Shown: positions 1 to 8,890, counted from the first letter of the stretch. The stretch is 21,185 nucleotides of DNA from Nitrososphaeraceae archaeon (GCA_044870765.1 JBIOZG010000052.1:1-21185); one strand, 5' to 3'. Made by a program: numbers and translations. The notes: generated by a model from the sequence alone, not told the origin.

Positions 1-242
1 AATATACATGAGACCCATCCTGCCTGAGGAGCATATTGGTGCTGAATAGCCATATGTCTCCGCAAGGCTTCTTCTTGTTGAGGTTTTGATAGCCTGATAT
101 CTATGTGTCGCGGTCCATGAAAATGAGCAAAATTTCTCAGACCATAGAAATAAGCTTCTTCACTCATAGGATCATGTTTTCGCTCAACGTTTGGTAACGA
201 TCGTATGAAACTACTAATTTGTTCTTTCAAGCTGAGACCCAT
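1..242 (-). CDS. Luciferase-like/DUF5519-family protein, partial (3' end outside window)
   Basis: Not in the ORF track. Manual translation from ATG at 242: MGLSLKEQISSFIRSLPNVERKHDPMSEEAYFYGLRNFAHFHGPRHIDIRLSKPQQEEALRRHMAIQHQYAPQAGWVSCI..., open to the window edge. The FAHFH..HIDIRL and H..AP..GWV pattern resembles DUF5519. Confidence 0.65.
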   Translation of the reverse strand, partial: MGLSLKEQISSFIRSLPNVERKHDPMSEEAYFYGLRNFAHFHGPRHIDIRLSKPQQEEALRRHMAIQHQYAPQAGWVSCI

Positions 243-371
243 TGCTATTAAATATATACTCTTTATTGTTTATCTATCTTTTTGCAATTATCTTAAGTTT
301 GTATGAGTAAAATAATACTTCAAGTCCTATTTATTCTACAGCTCACTTGAATGGATGCGCGAACATCAGAA

Positions 372-839
372 TTATCTGTTACTCAATAGAATTAACTCTT
401 TGTCAACAAACTCCTGAAAAGCAGGATCAAACCACTTTTCCATCTCTATTTTATTTTTCCATATTTCCTTTATCATTCCTTGGTCAAAAGCGCTCTTCAT
501 CCATCGCAACCATCCAGTCCATTCATTGTCACTCAAGACCTTTCTTGTCCGCATATGAAACACGTGTGCAAAGGTGAACAATATATGATAAGCATATGCA
601 ACTTCTGATGACCAATCAGACTCAACTTTGCTTACTACCTTTATTAGCTCTGGCCTATCAATCATTATATTGGTAATTTGATGCATTCTCTCATCCAAAT
701 CATTAAGAATTTTGGTTTCTATATCAACAGATAGAACCTCCATTTGTTTCCTCGAAAAATACAGAACAACAAACATTGTGGCAATTATTCCTATTGCTTC
801 ACCCATGCCGAAATACTCAGTTAAACCAGCCTCAATCAT
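372..839 (-). CDS. Hypothetical protein with N-terminal membrane anchor
   Basis: 155-aa ORF with a hydrophobic segment (AIGIIATMFVVLYF) followed by a helical Trp-rich domain (W..W...FDP.F..F). Confidence 0.75.
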   Translation of the reverse strand: MIEAGLTEYFGMGEAIGIIATMFVVLYFSRKQMEVLSVDIETKILNDLDERMHQITNIMIDRPELIKVVSKVESDWSSEVAYAYHILFTFAHVFHMRTRKVLSDNEWTGWLRWMKSAFDQGMIKEIWKNKIEMEKWFDPAFQEFVDKELILLSNR

Positions 840-1129
840 TTTTTTTAAAGCAACCCTTCATATCTTGTGCATATTAAACAACAACTGCCATCTTCGTCAA
901 AAAGATGGAGTTCTCTTGTATGCTTACACTGACTGGACTTTTCCGATTTTCTAATCACTGAATTCTTGGTTTCTACCGAGGCTATAACCATTAAATAGTA
1001 ATCTTCTAGATGTTCAGTTTCGAAAATTCTTCGGATTCCCTGTCATACACGGCTAAAAATTAATGGATTGCCATAAAATGAGCCGCAATGTAAAAATACT
1101 GCATATATGATACATGATATGGTAATGGT

Positions 1130-2059
1130 TTGTCATTAATTACTACCTTGTGTTTCTTAACAATTGTTATTATTCTTTCATTAAACATTGGCACTGTAAA
1201 TTTGGAGGATAAGTTTTTTGAACCTTTCAATGCTCAGGCCAGTATGAATACAAATTATAACTCAACTGATTCAAACAGCATACAAAATAACATTTCACTA
1301 ATTACAAATATCTTGGCAAAGAATCTTGAAAATCGCATTCAAAAAACAGGTGCCATTCTTGAAATAACAAGCAAATTACCACAGTTAAGAGATGTTCCCT
1401 ATGCACACTTGCTTAATCAAACATTAAACACATTACATGGAATACCTCAATTTGCAGACATAGAAAAAAGACAAGTAGTTAAGAACATACTATCTAACAA
1501 TAATGATTTATATGAAATTTTCCTTCTTATGCCAAATGGAAATATGTATTTTCTCGAGCCTTATTCTATACAACAGACTCTTGCCGTGAACAATTTTGCA
1601 TTTAGAGATTATTTCCAAGGGGCAATTAGTACAAATGACACCTATTTGGGAAACGTGCATACTACTGCAGCTGCTTCTGGTGCTAGAACAGCAAAGATTG
1701 CCGTTCCGACGTATTCCTTAAAGGATAACTCTACTATTGCTGGAGTATGGGCCGGTAGTATTGATTTTAATGTTTTAAATAAAGAACTTCAATCACTTAA
1801 TCTTACATCTTTAGGTGACAGTACACGTATTGTCTATGTGGATGGTAAAGGACAAAAGATTGCTGATTCTGATATAAATAAAAGTAAAATTCCTGAATCT
1901 TTTGTTAACCTAAAGGGTTTTAAGGCTGCTATAGGTGGGCTGGCTGGTTCAACTATAGATACAGTGAATAACACAAGGATGTTGGTGTCATACCAGCCAG
2001 TAAATGCATTTCATAATACTTGGGTTGTTCTTTTGATGCAACCATCACTATCACTATAA
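1130..2059 (+). CDS. Stand-alone Cache (dCache-like) domain protein with N-terminal signal/TM
   Basis: Hydrophobic N-terminus plus Cache motifs IFLLMPNG, FAFRDYFQGA, YLG, IAVP, YVDGKGQKIADS, SYQPV..WVVLL. No second TM or output domain. TTG start is uncertain. Confidence 0.85.
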   Translation: MSLITTLCFLTIVIILSLNIGTVNLEDKFFEPFNAQASMNTNYNSTDSNSIQNNISLITNILAKNLENRIQKTGAILEITSKLPQLRDVPYAHLLNQTLNTLHGIPQFADIEKRQVVKNILSNNNDLYEIFLLMPNGNMYFLEPYSIQQTLAVNNFAFRDYFQGAISTNDTYLGNVHTTAAASGARTAKIAVPTYSLKDNSTIAGVWAGSIDFNVLNKELQSLNLTSLGDSTRIVYVDGKGQKIADSDINKSKIPESFVNLKGFKAAIGGLAGSTIDTVNNTRMLVSYQPVNAFHNTWVVLLMQPSLSL

Positions 2060-2214
2060 TAATTAGCGGATATTTAGTCTCATGTAATCGAAGCTCTAGT
2101 AACACGTTGGGTTTTGTTATAATAGCATTCTAAATCATTTTTATAGCGTCATATACTCTTCAGGGTAACAATTTAAAACTCCCAACAACATTGTTATTGT
2201 TAAATAATTTGTTG

Positions 2215-2406
2215 GAGTTTGCTCATCTCAAAGGTATCGCATCCCAAACAATACTTCCAAAGATTTTCGATGCTTGCAAGATAAATAGATTTAAAGTATT
2301 TGGTGAAATCAATGACGATTTGATGAAAGCATTAGCACAAATGGGTGGTGTGAATTACCATTTTTTAACGGGATTTTCTTGGTTACAGCATATAGACGAA
2401 ACATAA
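2215..2406 (+). pseudogene. Probable 3' remnant of an ABM/putative quinol monooxygenase-like gene
   Basis: AHLKGIASQTILPKIFDACKINRFKVFGEINDDLMKAL...FLTGFS resembles, from memory, the C-terminal half of thaumarchaeal ABM-like proteins. No N-terminal half or convincing start. Confidence 0.35.
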
Positions 2407-2517
2407 GACAGTATTAGTAACTATTTCGTTACTTACTTCAGAAGTATGGACTAAGGATCAACAAATCCATTCCAAGACAGCCTGAATTGATTAAAATAAA
2501 AAAGACGAAGTCCGTTA

Positions 2518-2850
2518 TTATTTTGCCGCATCTACTTCCTTATATTGTTCTAATAAGCGGAGCATATTCAGCGCTATTACAGTCTTCACGGCTTCCTTAG
2601 AATCCAGACCCTTTATTTTCGCAACTAAATCTGCATCTTCATTCGCTTGCATTTGAGCCAGGACTGGATGTCTTTCTTTTATGTTCTTACTCAAAGTATC
2701 GACATCAATTACTGCTGTCATATTACCTTGTGCCGTTAAATTACCTTGTGCATATGCCATCTTTCCCGGATTGACAATCAGTGCGGCAGTGCCGAGTATT
2801 GCGACTGTTGATACAAAAATAGCCAGTTTCATCACATTTTGATTCATCAT
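2518..2850 (-). CDS. Secreted hypothetical protein
   Basis: Signal peptide ending AYA|Q, short duplicated AQGNLT/AQGNMT sequons, helical C-terminus. TATA-like TTTAAAT lies about 22-28 nt upstream. Confidence 0.8.
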   Translation of the reverse strand: MMNQNVMKLAIFVSTVAILGTAALIVNPGKMAYAQGNLTAQGNMTAVIDVDTLSKNIKERHPVLAQMQANEDADLVAKIKGLDSKEAVKTVIALNMLRLLEQYKEVDAAK

Positions 2851-3074
2851 ACTATCTATAGAATTTTATAATTTAAATATGAGTTAGAATTTGGTCTCTC
2901 AATGGTGGCACTGAATTTAAAAAGTCAACAGAATATGTTATTGAATTATCTAGAACAAAATAGATTCCTATATCGTTATATCTGCTTGCAAAAATTTGAT
3001 GGCTAGCAGATAACTTTCTTATTTCAACTATAATTTTTTTGACATACCAATGTTAGAGATGTTAGAGAAGAACA

Positions 3075-3126
3075 AAAAGCTAAATATTATGTAGGAGTAC
3101 CCTGCTACATGCAAGGTTCGAATCCC
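3075..3126 (+). repeat. Dispersed repeat family A, copy 1 (BRE/TATA-like box, hairpin, tRNA T-loop-like motif)
   Basis: AAAAGCTAAATA-n19-TACATGCAAGGTTCGAATCCC. Matches 7150-7202 at 12/12 and 19/21 in the two conserved blocks. Confidence 0.6.
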
Positions 3127-3396
3127 GATGAATCAGATGCTCGGTGTTCTCTAAATCCTCGAGTGTATTTAGCAATGATAACCTTCAGGTTACATGAAAA
3201 AATCTTAACGCAAAGTCTTAAAATGGTAAAATAACAATGAATGTTCGAAATATTGGGCTTCATGAAAATTAAAAGCAGTCATAGTGTTAAATTTATTATG
3301 ATAAAAATCTCTATCTCAATCAGAGTAACAACATACTATTAATTGAACATTACCAATAGTATTAATCCGGTATGTTGGTTTTAATTTTTTTCTATT

Positions 3397-3741
3397 TCAT
3401 AGCGGACCAGTAACGGTAGGTAAACCAAGAGCAACTGTTATGAAATAGGAGATTATCCATATAATGACTGCAATAATTGCAGATCTAGTCCAGCTAAGTC
3501 CATATATACCTCTTAAGGCAAATAGCCAGGCAATGCCTCCAACCACTATTGCCAGTAATCCATGACCGAAGAGATAATATGTAACAACCCAAACTAGCGC
3601 TCCTATTAGAGCTGTTATGAATGCTTTTCCTATGTTTGTTCTTTCTCTAAATATCTTGGTTACAATGAAAATTATAATTGTTGAAATCACTAGACCTATT
3701 ACAAAAATGACGGCTGGATTATCTATTTCTAACGATGCCAT
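3397..3741 (-). CDS. Small integral membrane protein (about 4 TM helices)
   Basis: 114-aa ORF with four hydrophobic segments and an ATG start. Confidence 0.85.
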   Translation of the reverse strand: MASLEIDNPAVIFVIGLVISTIIIFIVTKIFRERTNIGKAFITALIGALVWVVTYYLFGHGLLAIVVGGIAWLFALRGIYGLSWTRSAIIAVIIWIISYFITVALGLPTVTGPL

Positions 3742-3840
3742 TATGATCTAGATTAGTATGAAAAAGATAAATAGTTGTATAGAATCCCATCACAATCAAA
3801 TCCAGCGTCTCGACATGATAATGATAACATTAAGTTTTGT

Positions 3841-3861
3841 GTCCACAGTCCACAGTCCACA
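3841..3861. repeat. Short tandem repeat (GTCCACA)x3
   Basis: gtccaca-gtccaca-gtccaca read directly, in intergenic DNA. Confidence 0.8.
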
Positions 3862-4024
3862 GCCTGTAGCGGTTGCCAAACGTATTCAACGGTATTAAAC
3901 GTTGGTAAATAACACATTGACACAACCAACAAGAGGTAAATTTTACAGCTAAAATGATGGCACTAAAGCAACTTGAAAAAGATGAAAGTGATTCCCAAAG
4001 GCTACTTTGCAAATGTTTTGACTG

Positions 4025-4918
4025 CTATTGTTGTGATATTGTATTGTTTTGACCGTTGTCTGTTATTAGAGAATACTCGTCACTTTGAACATTGAAGGCC
4101 ATAGATTTGATTTTCTCAGGATTATCTACGTAGAACGAAAATTCAAACGGCGCTTTTTTGTTTGGGCTGATTATGTCTGGATTTGTAAACACGTAATCTG
4201 TGTCCGTCACCTTGTGTTTTTCGTCGTAAAATATTGCTGACACCTTCACAGCATTGGCATCATTTTTACCCTGATTCATTACTTCTCCAAGGACTCTAAA
4301 GGTGTTTGAGCTCTTAGAATTTTTGCCGACACTCAATTGTAACGCCTCAGGTTTATCGTCCATAGATTTTTCAAAGCTAGTTGTAAGAGTATACTTACTC
4401 TTAGTGGGTAACGTTTCATCTAAAAAAATGTCAAATCCAGACCTGCTTCCAGGCTTTATTAGGTAGTCGTTAACGTATTTGTCTCCTGTTGCAACAATAA
4501 TTCCGTTCTTGTCATATACTGTTGCTGTAATGCGAACTAATTCAATAGGATAACTAAAATTATTTAGCACTTCACCGACTATGGTGTCCTTATTTAATGC
4601 AGAATATAATATATCGGGTCTTGGTTCAGCATCTTCACTTTGAGTACTATTAGATATGGGAGTTGACACATTCTCATCCACAGTAACCTCAATTTGAGCG
4701 TTTGTTGATGAAGCCATTAAAGAAAAAAGAAACCCGGCAATGGCAATTGATAAGCACGGGGGGCTGCCAAATTGGCTAGCAAAGTGCGAGTTCTTTGCTA
4801 AATATTCTGGAAAGTATTTATCGATACTATTCGTTAACAACTTTCCAAGTAGGGTGTATTTCATGCCATCCTTTTGGCTTGTCTGTAACCCATGCTCCCC
4901 AAATATGAACATGGTCAC
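4025..4918 (-). CDS. Secreted protein with two FxLYD (DUF3426-like) domains; true start probably downstream of 4918
   Basis: Two repeats, IVGEVLNN..ATVYDKNG..IKPG and VLGEVMNQ..AIFYDEKH..ISPN..PFEF, plus signal-like LSIAIAGFLFSLMASSTNA|Q. The annotated 5' end overlaps the upstream gene by 92 nt. Confidence 0.85.
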   Translation of the reverse strand: MTMFIFGEHGLQTSQKDGMKYTLLGKLLTNSIDKYFPEYLAKNSHFASQFGSPPCLSIAIAGFLFSLMASSTNAQIEVTVDENVSTPISNSTQSEDAEPRPDILYSALNKDTIVGEVLNNFSYPIELVRITATVYDKNGIIVATGDKYVNDYLIKPGSRSGFDIFLDETLPTKSKYTLTTSFEKSMDDKPEALQLSVGKNSKSSNTFRVLGEVMNQGKNDANAVKVSAIFYDEKHKVTDTDYVFTNPDIISPNKKAPFEFSFYVDNPEKIKSMAFNVQSDEYSLITDNGQNNTISQQ

Positions 4919-5870
4919 CTTCCTTTGGAAGAATTATTCCGCTTTTGCCTTGATCAGGTGGAACTATTTCTACCACTAAGAATCCATCTGTTTTATCATT
5001 GTTCTTTTCATTTGTTAGGAACTTGAATTTATCATCTAACTTCAAGAAAAACTTGAAATCGCCATCATCCATCTTTTTAGTATGCATAACTACCCCTGTT
5101 GCTTCTTGACAATCGCTCAGGACCCTCAAGTCTTCCTCATTTGAAGCACCAGCTAGAACATTTCCGGTCTTACAGTCAGGACCTGTGAGTGCTTTATGCT
5201 GTGTTACTATAACGCGATCTGAAGATTCAACCCTATTCTGTTCTTCTAAGGGAATAGGTGCCTCACCTTCCTCTTCTGAGATAGCGATCTCTAATTTCTG
5301 TTTCAACTGAATGTTATTTTGGATGTTAACTGTCTGATTATTCTGAGTTTGCTGTTGAGTTTCTATGGTTTGGTTAATATTTTGATTCGATTCACTTTCA
5401 CCAGATGTCTGAGTTGAGGTTTGATTATTGTCTTCAGAGCTTTCTTCACCACTCAAGGCTTGACCACCGGTTGCCTCTGTTGATGTTTGATTATTGTCCT
5501 CAGAGCTTTCTTCACCACTCAAGGCTTGACCAGTTAAATCGCTACCGGTCTGATTTGCACCTACGGACTCCTCTTCACCACTCAAGGCTTGACCAGTTAA
5601 ATCGCTACCGGTCTGATTTGCACCATCGTAATCTTGACTAAAATCAGGAGAAATTCCTATACCATTCTCAGTTTTATCTTGGATTTTTATGTAATAGTTC
5701 TTTAATATATCGCCTAAGGGTAGAGACGTGTCAGCCCAGGATTTATTCATGTAATTGTTTAACGTTCCTGCCGATGCCACTAATGCGATAGAAAAGCTTA
5801 ATATCAAAAAACATGCTGTTCTGATTCTATACTCTTCCATTAATTTTATCAATTTGCAATAGGCCAACAA
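4827..5870 (-). CDS. Secreted protein with low-complexity repeats and C-terminal OB-fold-like domain
   Basis: Signal peptide, S/T/Q/E-rich repeats, then a C-terminal domain with DDGD, LVVEI, GDHVHIWGAWV.D, GWHEIHP. Start may be ATG 5840. Confidence 0.8.
   Translation of the reverse strand: MLAYCKLIKLMEEYRIRTACFLILSFSIALVASAGTLNNYMNKSWADTSLPLGDILKNYYIKIQDKTENGIGISPDFSQDYDGANQTGSDLTGQALSGEEESVGANQTGSDLTGQALSGEESSEDNNQTSTEATGGQALSGEESSEDNNQTSTQTSGESESNQNINQTIETQQQTQNNQTVNIQNNIQLKQKLEIAISEEEGEAPIPLEEQNRVESSDRVIVTQHKALTGPDCKTGNVLAGASNEEDLRVLSDCQEATGVVMHTKKMDDGDFKFFLKLDDKFKFLTNEKNNDKTDGFLVVEIVPPDQGKSGIILPKEGDHVHIWGAWVTDKPKGWHEIHPTWKVVNE
5413..5624 (-). repeat. In-frame intragenic tandem repeats (66- and 63-nt periods)
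   Basis: Core TCTTCACCACTCAAGGCTTGACCA at 5443, 5509 and 5572. Encodes GANQTGSDLTGQALSGEE x2 and GQALSGEESSEDNNQTST x2. Confidence 0.9.
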
Positions 5871-6032
5871 ACATTATAAAGAAGATCTTGTTCTCGATAA
5901 TGAAATACATTTTAAACGCACAAAAAATTTTTAAGCTAAGACGTCCAGGTCACTAAACCTTTACGGAAATGATTTCTGAGTAGAGCTCAGTTAACTGATA
6001 AACCTTAACTAGTTTATGGTCTTATTTCAATT

Positions 6033-7043
6033 ATGAGGACGACGTTACAATGTGTTTTGATTATTGGTATCGTCTTAGTTATTATTTTTGTATTACCTAG
6101 GAATCATTTATCATTTAGCCAAAATTCCACAGTTCCATTCCCGCCAATACCAACGGAGACAATAAAGATAGTTAAGCCGGTCACAACCCAAAACGTAAGC
6201 AGTCAAGAGGAGTTAATAATATCAGGTCAATCATCAGATAATAACTTGAAAAATTGCTCAGTCACTGTCATTGTCAATGACGTAAGGCCTTACCAAAAAG
6301 CTGTTGCAAAAGGATCGGGCGGTGCAACCGATTTTTCTGAGTGGGAGTTTGTATTACATAACAATTATACTCATATTAATGTAGGTCAGAACAAGATAAC
6401 TTCAAAGCTATTCTGTGAATCAACTTCTCCCCGCTGGTATAGTGTATTCGTAAATGGAGTTACTAATTCTAGTAATGAAGATGTGTTCTCTCCTGTACAG
6501 TCTGGAGAACAGCAGCAAAATATACCTACTACCAATATGTCTGGGACTAACGAAATAGATGGTATACAGTCTGAAGAACAGCAACAGCAGCAACAATATA
6601 TAGACACTACCAATATGTCTGGGACTAACGAAATAGACGGTATACAGTCTGAAGAACAGCAACAGCAGCAGCAAAATATACCTACTACCAATATGTCTGG
6701 GACTAACGAAATAGACGGTAACAGTAATGAATTACAAGTTTCAATAGTTCCTCTGAAAAATCCTGTCGAAAGAGGGGACTCTCAGGATGCTACAATAACT
6801 GTTACCGATTCGGGTTCCAGACCAGTGGCAAATGCAGAAATAGTTGGAAAATTAATATATCCAGGAGAAAACTTCGAGAAAGATTTTAGTGGCATAACGG
6901 ATTCTCAGGGAAAATTTGTTTATTCATGGATTATCGGAGAGAAAGGGGACGTTGGAGCGCTTTCCATAGAGGTGGAAGTATCAAGTCAGGGATATCCTCC
7001 CTCTTCGGCTACGGGTTCTTTTGATGTAGTAGATAACTCGTAA
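6033..7043 (+). CDS. Secreted protein with two Ig-like beta domains joined by a polyQ repeat linker
   Basis: Signal peptide; N-domain IKIVKP..ISGQSSD..C.V.VIVN..Y..A..DFSEW..GQNKITSKL.C; C-domain ITVTDS..PVANA.I.G...TDSQGKF.YSW. Confidence 0.85.
   Translation: MRTTLQCVLIIGIVLVIIFVLPRNHLSFSQNSTVPFPPIPTETIKIVKPVTTQNVSSQEELIISGQSSDNNLKNCSVTVIVNDVRPYQKAVAKGSGGATDFSEWEFVLHNNYTHINVGQNKITSKLFCESTSPRWYSVFVNGVTNSSNEDVFSPVQSGEQQQNIPTTNMSGTNEIDGIQSEEQQQQQQYIDTTNMSGTNEIDGIQSEEQQQQQQNIPTTNMSGTNEIDGNSNELQVSIVPLKNPVERGDSQDATITVTDSGSRPVANAEIVGKLIYPGENFEKDFSGITDSQGKFVYSWIIGEKGDVGALSIEVEVSSQGYPPSSATGSFDVVDNS
6496..6720 (+). repeat. Three in-frame tandem units (69, 78, 78 nt) with CAG/CAA tracts
   Basis: Units start at 6496, 6565 and 6643. 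Each encodes QS.EQ(3-6)..TTNMSGTNEIDG. Confidence 0.9.
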
Positions 7044-7149
7044 CGATTGCCCAACAGGATATTGCATTTTTCCTTCCAATTCTGACAAGCTTTTACACTA
7101 GGTCACTTGGATTAGCTTAACGCAAATTTTCTGTATCTCTAAGAATCGG

Positions 7150-7202
7150 AAAAGCTAAATACCAAGTTATTAGAACCCTAATACATGCACGGTTCTAATC
7201 CC
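7150..7202 (+). repeat. Dispersed repeat family A, copy 2
   Basis: AAAAGCTAAATA-n20-TACATGCACGGTTCTAATCCC, containing the hairpin TATTAG-AACC-CTAATA. Confidence 0.6.
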
Positions 7203-7955
7203 TACAGATGAAAACGAAGAGAATGGATAATTTGTTTATTAACAGTATTGACATTTTCATCATAAATTACAGGGATCTTAAGAAATCAAAATTGAGTGTT
7301 AGTTATCAGCTTGAATGTTTACAATGATAGTAATAGTTCCTATGCGAAATAGTCATATGAAATCATTAAAATACATAAAATCGAACATCTGTACAATAGG
7401 AATGATTGTAGGAATTCTAGTTATTACTAGTTTGTTTTTAATACCATTAGAAGAACACTGGTGAGGTATTGAAAAGAATCCAGCCGGAGGATGAGAACTA
7501 CAACCGTTCCGATTGAATATAGTCATATCGCTCTGTGATTGGAACCGAACTGTTAACAATTTGATTCCCGACATCTGTGAATCAAATTTACTCCTAACCT
7601 ACATGAATTCGCTTTCTTCGGGGTTAACCATTCTTGGCATCAGCATCAAATTTAGCCTTACCTTCTTTGTATATGCATTTCAAACACCACCACCTGCCAA
7701 TTCTAGTTGGGTCATTTAGAGGAACTAACCGGTCGACCGAATCTCCACAGTTATCACACTTTTTACCTTCGTGATTAATCATTAAATCGACCATGTGGTA
7801 TGTTAATATTTAAAGATACTTTCTTGGGCGAGTCTAATGGGTATGTTAGCGTTATAAGTTACAATAATTTATTCGTCATTACATGATCTGTCCCTACATG
7901 ACGAAGTGAACTTTTGAATTGTCCTGATTGTTACTAATATCGATTGAGTAAAATG

Positions 7956-7963
7956 TTATATAG
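7956..7963 (+). promoter_or_regulatory. Putative archaeal TATA box for a leaderless micro-ORF
   Basis: TTATATAG 23-30 nt upstream of ATG 7986, preceded by purine-rich GAGTAAAATG. Confidence 0.5.
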
Positions 7964-7985
7964 TATCACTGGATTTAAGCAGTTA

Positions 7986-8114
7986 ATGGCAGACGATGAA
8001 GTCGTAAATACGGGGTGTTCTCGCTGTTGGGGTGCTGTAGATTCGGAAACAAAAAATTGTAAAAGTTGTAACGGCCCCCAGGAAACCTGCGAGTGTAAAA
8101 TCGTGCCACACTAA
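7986..8114 (+). CDS. 42-aa Cys-rich zinc-finger-like micro-protein
   Basis: Below the ORF track cutoff: MADDEVVNTGCSRCWGAVDSETKNCKSCNGPQETCECKIVPH, with CxxC, CxxC, CxC and a terminal His. TATA box at leaderless spacing. Confidence 0.75.
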   Translation: MADDEVVNTGCSRCWGAVDSETKNCKSCNGPQETCECKIVPH

Positions 8115-8268
8115 GCCAAACAAAAGTATAGTTAAGAAAAAATAGCAATATTAAAGGCTACCAAATTTAGTAACTTTAACCTAATTAAAAGGATAAAGGC
8201 GTTATTAAAAAAGATATTAGATATTTGCAATTATTTTTATTATAGTTTGTATAATTATTCCTTAGACC

Positions 8269-8406
8269 ATGAGCGACGAATCTGAAAGAGAAGTGAAAGA
8301 GGAAGAAAGGGAAGAAATCAAGGATGAAACACATGAGCTAGAAGACACTGAACAGGACGAGGAAGAAGAGAAGGAAAAGGAGGAGGAAGAGCAAGAGGAG
8401 TCATGA
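8269..8406 (+). CDS. 45-aa hyper-acidic micro-protein
   Basis: MSDESEREVKEEEREEIKDETHELEDTEQDEEEEKEKEEEEQEES (27/45 D+E). Purine-rich GAR codon pattern, tandem TGA TAA stops, TTTATTAT box about 26-33 nt upstream. Confidence 0.7.
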   Translation: MSDESEREVKEEEREEIKDETHELEDTEQDEEEEKEKEEEEQEES

Positions 8407-8500
8407 TAAGTGAACACAAACTTATTGTTCATGTTAAATTTGTCCATATATACCGATTGATTAAGCTAGTAGGAAAATCCTTTATTAAACCCGACTTTTA

Positions 8501-8523
8501 GAACCGATAGCGTCATGGGAACC
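8501..8523 (+). repeat. Dispersed repeat family B, copy 1
   Basis: GAACCGATAGCGTCATGGGAACC, 21/23 identical to 16328-16350. Confidence 0.65.
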
Positions 8524-8620
8524 TGCGATTCGATGTAAATCAAAGTTAACAAGCATTCGAAAATATGAATTTTGAATACCAGTTATTCTTAAAGAAATAA
8601 TTGTATTATCAACAAAAAAA

Positions 8621-8890
8621 TTAAATGGTTGTAGCAAACGATAAGTATGTGTCTGCCAATAGCTTTTGGTTAATAGCACTCAATTTATTACCTGATTGTA
8701 TGTTTTTTTCCATTTTATCCAGCTCTTCATTCGCCTTTTGCTTATAATATTGCACTGAATTCTCATGCATATCGCGAAAACTTTCACTCAAGTTTTTCAT
8801 CAACTCATTATAATCAGATGATAATTCATGATGGAGTTCTCCCTCTAGCTTATCTTTCCTTGCAATTAACTCATTTAGATCATTTGACAT
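8621..8890 (-). CDS. Small coiled-coil hypothetical protein
   Basis: Helical charged sequence MSNDLNELIARKDKLEGEL...; ATG 8890 preferred over 8914. Confidence 0.7.
   Translation of the reverse strand: MSNDLNELIARKDKLEGELHHELSSDYNELMKNLSESFRDMHENSVQYYKQKANEELDKMEKNIQSGNKLSAINQKLLADTYLSFATTI

Noticed and set aside
347-954. Plus-strand ORFs 347-577 and 712-954
   Set aside because: Antisense shadows of the 372-839 gene.
3111-3130. tRNA gene suggested by GGTTCGAATCCC
   Set aside because: The T-stem does not pair beyond GG/CC and no acceptor, D or anticodon arms were found. Kept only as part of repeat family A.
3814-4012. ORF 3830-4012 (-) and fragmentary plus-strand frames around the heptamer repeat
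   Set aside because: No coherent protein could be reconstructed.
4740-6691. ORFs 4740-4979, 5405-5641, 6386-6691 (poly-Cys) and 6420-6674 (poly-Leu)
   Set aside because: Antisense shadows. The poly-Cys/Leu runs are the reverse of CAG/CAA tracts.
5413-6720. Possible CRISPR arrays in the two repeat tracts
   Set aside because: Periods are multiples of three, the repeats are in frame within genes, there are no unique spacers and no cas genes.
7353-7719. ORFs 7353-7574 (-) and 7513-7719 (+)
   Set aside because: No recognisable motifs and mutually overlapping. Possibly decayed DNA, but unsupported.
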